55,437 bases of DNA from Trueperaceae bacterium (GTDB lineage Bacteria > Deinococcota > Deinococci > Deinococcales > Trueperaceae): positions 1 to 55,437 of the forward strand of contig JBBDRK010000010.1 in assembly GCA_040905465.1 (NCBI GenBank), read 5' to 3'. The notes under the pieces were generated by a model. It ran no database searches, had not been told where the DNA came from, and saw only the letters and a program-made list of their open reading frames with translations. Shown here one piece after another: positions 48,218 to 55,437 of the stretch. Both the position numbers and the translations under genes were made by a program. Within the stretch, counting starts at the first letter, position 1; each line of letters begins with the position of its first letter.

Positions 48218-49627
48218 GTGATGCTCAGGCGCCTTGCTCAGCTGTTGCTGCTGGCTTCGCTGGCTCCGGCCGGCTCGGCGGCGTTTGCCCAGTCGGGCGG
48301 CGCCCAGTTCGAGCTCGGCATGCAGGGGGCCGTGGTGGCGCAAGCCTGGAACCCGCTGAGGCTGGTGCTTCGTGATCTGCCGCCGGTCGAGCTGGAGGTG
48401 GTCTTCGACCAGGGCACCTTGCGTAGCGGGCCGATCCTCACCACCTACACCGCCTCGGTTGCCGCGAGTCGCGGCGTGCGGGTGTTCGAGGACGAGTTGT
48501 TCGTGCCCGACTGGCGCTCCATCGCCTGGACCGTTCGTTCCCCCGACCGCACGGTAGCCTCGGGGACGCTCAACCCACGGCAACGAGACTCGAGGCCGCT
48601 AACGCTGCTGGTCAGCTCCGTTCCAGGCAGTTGGCTCCCTTCGCTTCCCGACGATGCCCGTCCTCACGAGATGGCCGCCTCCGCGCTGCCTTCCAGTGCC
48701 GCGGCCTACGCCGGTGTTCATGCGCTGCTGATTGACGGAACTGCCGCGGCGCCCAGTGTGGAGTCGGTGGCGGCGGCAGCAGGCGCCGGAGTGGTAGTGC
48801 TGCTCACGGAGCCACTTCCCGCCACTCATTCCGATCTGGCCGAACTGGTGGAAGCTGGGCCACTTCGTCTCGGCGCCGGCTGGTTGGTCCCGGTCCGGTC
48901 CGAGCAGGTGGGCCAGGCGCTCACGAGCTTCGCGGGATTTCCGGTTGCCTCGCTGGCCGGTGAGCTGGCCGCCGCGCACCCGCAGGAGCTTCCGCCGGTA
49001 CTGTCCCGGATCACGATCACGGCCGCCGGTGCGCTTTACGCGCTGTTGGTGTTGGTGTTGCTGCGCTTCGGGGGTGATGCCGGCTTGCCGGCCGCGCTGG
49101 TGGTGGCCATCCTCGCAGCCGGCGCGGGCTGGAGCCTGCTTCGACCCGAACGGCCGCTGCTCGAAGAGAGCCGCGCCGTCGTGGTTGCTGCCGGTGGTCT
49201 GGGCGTGTCGCTCGACACCCTTGCACTTCGGTCATTGCCGGGAGGCACGGTGCAGTTGGGACGGCCGATGCGGCTCCTCGGCCGGTCGTCTTTCGCCGTG
49301 GGAACGTTGGGCACGCGCCTGCCGATGGCTCGCTGGCAGCGTGCCATTCTCACCGGCAGGCCCGTTCTGGCGACCGGCTCGCTTGGTTGGGAGGGGGAAC
49401 TCCTGGTCAATCGGGGCGAGCGGGCACTGACGGGAGTCCTGGTAGTGGGTGTTGGCCCCCAGCTTCCGCTCGCTCCCGACGAAGAGCGCCGGGCGGTACC
49501 CGCCGAGGAGGGCTGGCTGCCGGAGTCGTACACGTCGCTTCTGTCTTACCTGCCTGAGGGAACTGCGCTGGCGAGCGACGGCAGAAGGGTCCTGGTGGCG
49601 CTACCGCCGTTCGGGGGCGAACTATGA
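48218..49627 (+). CDS. Exported or membrane hypothetical protein
   Basis: Signal peptide, WNPLRL.L, AYAGVHALLIDG and two internal transmembrane helices. TACACT -10 box upstream. Confidence 0.75.
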   Translation: MMLRRLAQLLLLASLAPAGSAAFAQSGGAQFELGMQGAVVAQAWNPLRLVLRDLPPVELEVVFDQGTLRSGPILTTYTASVAASRGVRVFEDELFVPDWRSIAWTVRSPDRTVASGTLNPRQRDSRPLTLLVSSVPGSWLPSLPDDARPHEMAASALPSSAAAYAGVHALLIDGTAAAPSVESVAAAAGAGVVVLLTEPLPATHSDLAELVEAGPLRLGAGWLVPVRSEQVGQALTSFAGFPVASLAGELAAAHPQELPPVLSRITITAAGALYALLVLVLLRFGGDAGLPAALVVAILAAGAGWSLLRPERPLLEESRAVVVAAGGLGVSLDTLALRSLPGGTVQLGRPMRLLGRSSFAVGTLGTRLPMARWQRAILTGRPVLATGSLGWEGELLVNRGERALTGVLVVGVGPQLPLAPDEERRAVPAEEGWLPESYTSLLSYLPEGTALASDGRRVLVALPPFGGEL

Positions 49628-50229
49628 ACTCCCTGCGCGCGCTGACGCGCCAACTGGCCTCACCCGAGGCTCAACAGTATCTCGCTCTCTATCTGATCGC
49701 ACTGCTCTTCGCCCTGCTGGCCTCCTGGCCAACGACCGGTTCGGTATCGAACGACTCCTGGTTTTCGCTCGCCTATACCAGGGCGGCCGGCATCGGATTG
49801 CTGGGGATCGGCTTCGGCATCAACTACTCCCGCGCCGCCCGACAGGAGAAGGTCCTGGTTGCCGCCATGCTCGGCTGCTTCGCGTTGCTTGCGCTTCCGC
49901 TCGAGCTGGCTGCATACGCCGCCTCCTATCCGACTACGCCTGTCGCCTGGTTCCTGGCCTTGCCCCCACTTTCGGCCCTGGCGATGTTTGCCGTCGGTCT
50001 GCTGCTGGGCGGCCTGCTAGGGCTCGTTCGGCTGCGCGTGCTGGCGCCGGTGATCGTTCCCGCCGCATTGGTCGGTATGGTGGCGTTCGACGTCGCCGCC
50101 GGCTTGAACATCCTCAACCCGTTCACGGGTGCGGTCAGGGTGTCCTGGTACCACCTGGCGACACTCCTGTCTCTCGCGGCCCTCCTCCTCCTGGTCCTGC
50201 TGAGGCCTTCGCGCGAGGTCGGCTCGTGA
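49624..50229 (+). CDS. Integral membrane protein (about 6 TM)
   Basis: Hydrophobic 201-aa ORF with an ATGA overlap to the upstream gene. Confidence 0.8.
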   Translation: MNSLRALTRQLASPEAQQYLALYLIALLFALLASWPTTGSVSNDSWFSLAYTRAAGIGLLGIGFGINYSRAARQEKVLVAAMLGCFALLALPLELAAYAASYPTTPVAWFLALPPLSALAMFAVGLLLGGLLGLVRLRVLAPVIVPAALVGMVAFDVAAGLNILNPFTGAVRVSWYHLATLLSLAALLLLVLLRPSREVGS

Positions 50230-50272
50230 TCTGCCTGGTTTCGTTCACGCCGGCGACCGGCAAGATGGCGTC

Positions 50273-51670
50273 ATGATCAGGCCGAGCCGGCGCCGTCAGC
50301 CGTCGCTTCCGGTAAACCGGGAGTTGGACGTCCACCTGCGATTGGCACGGGCCCGCGACCGCCATCGTCACCTGACGATCTCCGCTCTCGTCGCGCTGGC
50401 AGGCGCCCTGATCACCTGGGCAATGGGCCTCGATTTTGCCGTCCGAGCGCTGACGGTCGCAGCCGCGGCAGGCGCCGCCTGGCTGGTTCCACTGGCCGGC
50501 AGCGACACCTGGGCGCTGCGATGGATCGGCCGGCGGACGGGCCTGGCGTACCAGACGGCACTCGAGACGACGATAGCCACTACGGTGGACACCACGGTCG
50601 ACAACACGGTCGAGAGCGAAGTCGCTTCCGACCGCTACGGCATGAAAGGAGCGTTGCTGGAACGGGCCAAGGAGAGCGTCGTTGGCGTCGAAGAGCCTCG
50701 CCACTCGGCGTGGTGGCTGCCGGTGCTGGCGCTGGCCGCCGGCGCCCTCCTGCTGCCGGCATTACCGAACGTGTCCTTCAGCGGACCGAACGTCGGCGGT
50801 TCGCAACCGGCGAACGGAAGCCCTGTGGGCACGCCGGAACGTGGCGACGAGGACGCCGAGCAGCAAGGAGAACCTGAGCTGCCGGAGCAGGAGCGATCGC
50901 GAGTCGATCCTGGGACTGCCGGTGCCGGAGCCGACCCCGGGGCCGCTGACGGTGATTTCGGAGAAGATGGCGCAGCCGGTGAGCGCGAAGCGCTCGAGCG
51001 GTTTCTCCGCAACGTGCGGGAGCGGCCGCAAGTCGAGCGGGAGGAACGGCAGGAGCCCGGTGGCGGCGCCGGCGATGCACAAGAGGGCGCCCGGCGCGAG
51101 CGGACCCGCGAGGCGGCTGAAGGTGACGAACCGAGAGCCGGAGACGAGCTGCGCCGGGGGGCGGATGAAGGCAGCGAGGACGGTCAGGAAGGCGAGGACC
51201 AAGGCGAGGGCGAGCAGGGGGCGGGCGAGGATCCTGGCAACCCCTTCGCCGAGGCCGGGGCCGAAGAGCCGCCGGAGGACGGGGACGAGTCCGGTGAGTC
51301 GGGCGAGCAGGGCGCCGGCGACGAAGATCGGACCCCGGGCGCCGAAGAGTCCGGCGAGCCTGGTCCTGGTCGCGCCGACGACGGCGCCGGTGATGAGGCC
51401 GGACTCGGCGAGGGGGCGGGGGGCCAGCCGTCTCCCGAGCGGGCCTCCGAAGCTGGTGAGCGACGAGAGGGTGAAACGCTGTTCCTCGAAGGCGATCTCA
51501 GGTCCGGGCCGATCACGCCTGGCGGCACCATCCAGTTACCCGGCAGTGACGATGCCGACCTGCCCGAAGGCGCCGCTCCGGAGAGCTACCGCCGCGAGGT
51601 GGAACGGGCCGTAACCGAAGGGCGCATTCCGCTCGAGTACCAGGAGATCATCAGAAACTACTTCCGGTAG
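50273..51670 (+). CDS. Membrane protein with a long acidic Gly/Glu tail ending IPLEYQEIIRNYF
   Basis: Three TM segments, AYQTALE, a low-complexity tail and a C-terminal motif seen in MoxR-cluster accessory proteins. Confidence 0.8.
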   Translation: MIRPSRRRQPSLPVNRELDVHLRLARARDRHRHLTISALVALAGALITWAMGLDFAVRALTVAAAAGAAWLVPLAGSDTWALRWIGRRTGLAYQTALETTIATTVDTTVDNTVESEVASDRYGMKGALLERAKESVVGVEEPRHSAWWLPVLALAAGALLLPALPNVSFSGPNVGGSQPANGSPVGTPERGDEDAEQQGEPELPEQERSRVDPGTAGAGADPGAADGDFGEDGAAGEREALERFLRNVRERPQVEREERQEPGGGAGDAQEGARRERTREAAEGDEPRAGDELRRGADEGSEDGQEGEDQGEGEQGAGEDPGNPFAEAGAEEPPEDGDESGESGEQGAGDEDRTPGAEESGEPGPGRADDGAGDEAGLGEGAGGQPSPERASEAGERREGETLFLEGDLRSGPITPGGTIQLPGSDDADLPEGAAPESYRREVERAVTEGRIPLEYQEIIRNYFR

Positions 51671-52259
51671 CGAAGTCTTCCGACAGGTCTTCGAGCAGCG
51701 CCGCGAGATGCGGGGCGAGATCCGAGACAGCCTGTCGCGTGAGGTCGATCATCAACGGGTCGTCTTCCACCTCCGGCAACTGTTGGTCCTCCCCCTCCAG
51801 CCGTCGGTCCCGAAAGGTCAGTGATCCGACCGTCCCCAACTGCTCGCCGCTGTCCGCATCGAGAACGGTTGCGCGTAGCTGCACCACTCCGCGGACCTCG
51901 CGACCCCCATCGACCGACTCCACGGTTCGCTCGTAGCGCGGAGCACCTGCCATCACGGCCAGCCTCGCACCGAGATTACGTGCCAGGGAGGCCGCCTGTG
52001 GAGCGGCTCTACTACCGAACAGGTCGCGGTGCGTCTCCTGGAAACGTACCGGCTGCGAGCGAGCGAAAGAGAAGGAGCAACACGACCTTACGCCCGTGAC
52101 CTCCTGTTGCAGTGTGGCGGCCACCATAGAAACGCGCTGTTCGGCCGGAGCGTTGATCAGCGCCACCAGCGGGCCCGCCGGCTCATCGACCGCGGTCGGA
52201 GCGCAGGCGGAAATAGCGGCCAGCAGCAGGCCGGTTAGTCCGAGTCTGATAGCAGTCAT
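51651..52259 (-). CDS. Hypothetical lipoprotein
   Basis: GGAGG ribosome-binding site and lipobox ISA-C. Confidence 0.8.
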   Translation of the reverse strand: MTAIRLGLTGLLLAAISACAPTAVDEPAGPLVALINAPAEQRVSMVAATLQQEVTGVRSCCSFSFARSQPVRFQETHRDLFGSRAAPQAASLARNLGARLAVMAGAPRYERTVESVDGGREVRGVVQLRATVLDADSGEQLGTVGSLTFRDRRLEGEDQQLPEVEDDPLMIDLTRQAVSDLAPHLAALLEDLSEDFATGSSF

Positions 52260-52306
52260 ATATGCCCTCCTCCCTTCCCTACCGAGTATGACCTGACCTT
52301 CAGTGG

Positions 52307-52909
52307 CTAACCGGTCTTGAACTCGCAAGTCGCCGCTCCACGGGTGATTTCTGCCAGCCGCTCGCGGAAGCCGTCGGCTTCCTCTGCCGGGAGCTCGAGG
52401 TCGAAGCGACAGCCTGCGACGTCGAACTCGCCGGCCCCGGCCAGGGCGCCGCGGGTTTCGGCAAAAAGCCTGTGAACGACGTCCAGCGCCGGGAACGGCA
52501 CGTGCACAGTCAGCTCGACTCGGTCCTCGACCAGCCTCTTCCCCGCCAGGTCGAGCGCCTTGGCGGCGGTCCCGCCATATGCCCGCACCAGTCCGCCCGC
52601 TCCCAGGCGCGTTCCACCGAAGTAGCGCACCACCACGACCGCCACCCGATCGAGGTCGCGCTTGAGCACGACCTCGAGCATCGGCCGTCCGGCCGTACCG
52701 CCGGGCTCGCCGTCGTCGGAGAAGCGCATTTCGGTGTCGACCCGGTAGGCCCAGCAGTGATGGCTCGCGTCCGGGTGGGTCTGTCGCAACGACTCGATCA
52801 GCTCCAAGGCCTCAGCGGCGGACGAAACGGAATCGGCGAAGCCCAGAAACCGGGAATCCCGTACGATCTCGGTTGCGGAACCCGGACGGGCGACGGTGGT
52901 ATGGGCCAT
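52307..52909 (-). CDS. yigZ: YigZ/IMPACT-family protein
   Basis: SRFLG, HPDASHHCWAYR, SDDGEPGGTAG and VVRYFGG..LGAGGLVRAY motifs. Confidence 0.95.
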   Translation of the reverse strand: MAHTTVARPGSATEIVRDSRFLGFADSVSSAAEALELIESLRQTHPDASHHCWAYRVDTEMRFSDDGEPGGTAGRPMLEVVLKRDLDRVAVVVVRYFGGTRLGAGGLVRAYGGTAAKALDLAGKRLVEDRVELTVHVPFPALDVVHRLFAETRGALAGAGEFDVAGCRFDLELPAEEADGFRERLAEITRGAATCEFKTG

Positions 52910-52981
52910 GGCTGGAAGTTTACGCCCAGCGGGTGCCAGACGGGAGAGCGGCCGGGCGAACCAGATGCTAGACTTCGCGGA

Positions 52982-54412
52982 ATGTCGTTGGAACTGTACA
53001 ACAGCATGACCCGTCGCAAGGAGACGTTCGAACCGGTGACGCCCGGCTATGTGGGCATCTACTTCTGCGGTCCGACGGTCTACTCCGATCCTCACCTCGG
53101 CCACGCCCGGGGTCCGGTCGTGTTCGACGTGCTGCGCCGCTGGCTCGAGCATCAGGGTTTACGGGTGAGGCTGGTCTCCAACATCACCGATGTAGGTCAT
53201 CTCACCGACGACGGCGACGACGGCGAGGACAAGCTGCTGCGTCGCGCCAAACTGGAGCAGCTCGAGCCGATGGAGGTCGCCGACAAGTATTTCTGGGCCT
53301 ATGAGAACGCGATGGCGGCCCTGGGGGTGCGCCGGCCCGACATCACCCCGCGAGCCACAGGACACATCACCGAGCAGATCTCGATGATCGAGGAGCTGCT
53401 GGAGCGGGGCCTGGCGTACGAATCGCAAGGAAGTGTTTACTTCAGCGTGCCGTCCTGGAAGTCGTATGGCGAGCTCTCCGGAAGGGATCCCGACGAACTC
53501 CTCGAAGGCACCCGCGTGGAGAGCCGGTCGGAGAAACGCGATGCGCGCGATTTCGCGCTGTGGAAGCGTGCCGATCAGGGTCACCTGATGCGGTGGCCCA
53601 GTCCGTGGGGCGAAGGTTACCCGGGCTGGCACCTGGAGTGTTCGGCGATGAGCACGAAATACCTGGGAGACGAGTTCGACATCCACGGTGGCGGCCTCGA
53701 CCTGATATTTCCGCACCACGAGTGCGAACTGGCTCAGTCGCGCGGCGCGGGCAAGCGTTTCGCCCGCTACTGGATGCATTGGAACATGCTCACCCTGGGC
53801 GGCGAGAAGATGGCCAAGTCGAAGGGTCACGTGGTGGCGCTGGACGAGCTGTTCCGCGAGTTCGACCCGTTGGCGGTGCGGTTTCATCTGCTCAGGTCGC
53901 ACTACCGGAGCGTGTCCGACTTCAGCGAGGAGAGCCTGACCGGGTCGACCCACGGGTTGCGCAGGCTGCAGGATCTCTACCGGCTGCTGCTGGAACACGA
54001 CGATCGCACAATCAATGGCGAAGGCGATGCGATGGCCGAGTTTCGGAACAGATTTGCCGACGCCATGAACGACGATCTCAACACCCCGCAAGCCGTAGCG
54101 ACCCTCTTCGACGCTGCCCGCGAGATCAACCGCCGGCTGGAAGAGGGTGCGCCGGGGGGCTACGTGGGGGCGGCACGGGCGATGTTCGAGGAACTGTTCG
54201 GTGAGGTTCTGGGCATGGCACCCACCTCTTCCGCGGTGCGCGACGCCGACCCAGACGTGCTGAGCGGTGTGCTCGAACTGTTGCTGGAGCAGCGGCACGA
54301 GGCCCGGTTGAGGCGCGACTTCGCTGCGGCCGACCGCATTCGCGACCGTTTGGGCGAGTTCGGCGTGGTGGTCGAGGACAGTGCCGAAGGCAGCCGTTGG
54401 AAACTGGCCTGA
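52982..54412 (+). CDS. cysS: Cysteine--tRNA ligase
   Basis: CGPTVY...[34 protein letters not shown] and KMAKS. Leaderless arrangement TAGACT-7nt-ATG. Confidence 0.97.
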   Translation: MSLELYNSMTRRKETFEPVTPGYVGIYFCGPTVYSDPHLGHARGPVVFDVLRRWLEHQGLRVRLVSNITDVGHLTDDGDDGEDKLLRRAKLEQLEPMEVADKYFWAYENAMAALGVRRPDITPRATGHITEQISMIEELLERGLAYESQGSVYFSVPSWKSYGELSGRDPDELLEGTRVESRSEKRDARDFALWKRADQGHLMRWPSPWGEGYPGWHLECSAMSTKYLGDEFDIHGGGLDLIFPHHECELAQSRGAGKRFARYWMHWNMLTLGGEKMAKSKGHVVALDELFREFDPLAVRFHLLRSHYRSVSDFSEESLTGSTHGLRRLQDLYRLLLEHDDRTINGEGDAMAEFRNRFADAMNDDLNTPQAVATLFDAAREINRRLEEGAPGGYVGAARAMFEELFGEVLGMAPTSSAVRDADPDVLSGVLELLLEQRHEARLRRDFAAADRIRDRLGEFGVVVEDSAEGSRWKLA

Positions 54413-54436
54413 GGCGAACGCCGGCGAGGCGCTGGG

Positions 54437-55114
54437 CTACCCGACGCCGTGTTGTTGCGATAGTCGCCGGGATTGCCGAAGAGACGCCTGGAGCAGGCTC
54501 CGGACCTCATCGTCGGAGGTCTGTGGAAACTCCCGGTACCAACGGCCCACGGCATTGAACGGCTCGGGGGTTTCCAGGCACACGGCTTCGTCCGCCTCCT
54601 GGGCGACCGCCCGGCATACCTCGGGCGCGGCCACCGGTACAGCCACGATTATCCGGGCGACCCCCTTGGCTCTCAGGGCGGCGACGGCCACGCGCATGGT
54701 CGCGCCGGTGGCAAGCCCGTCATCCACTAGAACGGCCTCGCGGCCCACCACGTTCAGCGGCTCCCTCTCCCCACGGTAGAGGCGCTCACGCCTGTCCAGC
54801 TCCGCCCGCTCGCGCTCGGTCACCTGTTCGATGACTCCCGGATCGACCGCGAACGAGCGAACGATGTCCTCGTTCAGTACCCGCACGCCGCCGGCCGCTA
54901 CCGCTCCCATTGCCAATTCGCTGTGGCCCGGTAGCCCGAGCTTGCGGACGACCAGAACGTCGAGTTCGCCGGCGAGCTCGCTCGCCACCGGCGCCGCGAC
55001 CGGCACCCCACCTCTCGGCAGTGCCAGCACCAGGGGATGGTCCCCGATCAGTGCTCGCGCCACCAGTTCCGCCGCCAGGCGGCGACCTGCCTCTTCTCTG
55101 TCTCGGAACTGCAT
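54437..55114 (-). CDS. Phosphoribosyltransferase-family protein
   Basis: FRDREEAGRRLA, LPRGGVPVA, VRKLG.P...ELAMGA, LVDDGLATGAT and AVG.WY..FPQTSD.EV. Confidence 0.93.
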   Translation of the reverse strand: MQFRDREEAGRRLAAELVARALIGDHPLVLALPRGGVPVAAPVASELAGELDVLVVRKLGLPGHSELAMGAVAAGGVRVLNEDIVRSFAVDPGVIEQVTERERAELDRRERLYRGEREPLNVVGREAVLVDDGLATGATMRVAVAALRAKGVARIIVAVPVAAPEVCRAVAQEADEAVCLETPEPFNAVGRWYREFPQTSDDEVRSLLQASLRQSRRLSQQHGVG

Positions 55115-55360
55115 CTGCTGCCCCCTTCGCTCCCTTTCGTCCTCCTTGGCTTGGGCGAAGAGGGAAGAGCCTCCACCTTCGTCCCGGCACGCTGCTGGGC
55201 TGTGATCGGTTGCGGCCCCCAACTCTGGTGGCCGCTCACCCCCGACTGTTTCGAGTATAGAGCGCGCCCGCCCAACCTCTCGAGCGGTGACGGCCCACAC
55301 CGGACCGGTACTTGCCTATTTCGAGGTTGCCCGACCGGGAGCGCCTCCTAACATCGATCG

Positions 55361-55437
55361 ATGACCGGACCGAGCGACGCGGTTCTGGCTCTGGCGCTCA
55401 CGCCAGGAATCGGGCCCCGTACCCTGAGCCGACTGGT
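55361..55437 (+). CDS. dprA: DNA-processing protein DprA (N-terminus, runs off the window)
   Basis: MTGPSDAVLALALTPGIGPRTLSRL matches the DprA N-terminal L..TPGIGP motif. TAACAT-6nt-ATG upstream. Only 25 codons are visible. Confidence 0.6.
   Translation, partial: MTGPSDAVLALALTPGIGPRTLSRL

Overview
GC-rich bacterial chromosome segment, most likely Deinococcota (Trueperaceae-like). This rests on a Thermus/Deinococcus-type DnaE N-terminus, dnaJ-hspR, a DUF4384-like lipoprotein, and many genes with a TAnnnT -10 box 6-7 nt before the start codon (leaderless mRNAs). Left to right: the 3' end of a PemK/MazF toxin, a csoR-copZ/copA copper locus with two operators, birA-smc-dipeptidase-hspR-dnaJ, yebC-nnrE, a CDF transporter, ugpBAE, and a regulator-controlled glycan-utilisation operon (GH2, ABC transporter, GH1-like, GH43). 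A decaying accessory island (about 27.4-34.7 kb) follows next to tRNA-Val(GAC). It holds three broken genes, a truncated hsdM, an intact FRG-domain gene, a DUF2188 gene and a degenerate copy of the tRNA 3' end. Then come tRNA-Cys, a phytoene-dehydrogenase-family gene, dnaE, pilT/U, two tandem cyclophilins, thrS, an aroE-like gene, an envelope gene cluster, yigZ, cysS, a phosphoribosyltransferase and the start of dprA. The most striking signals are: (i) a 35-codon A/T-rich synonymous patch in dnaE over the known intein-insertion motif, with no intein present; (ii) unannotated leaderless upstream ORFs before thrS and before the oxidoreductase; (iii) the FRG gene surviving beside a deleted type I R-M gene; (iv) recurrent in-frame 12-15 bp tandem duplications in several genes, including birA and dnaE. 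No CRISPR array, rRNA, integrase or transposase was seen. All family calls come from motif recognition by eye, not from database searches.
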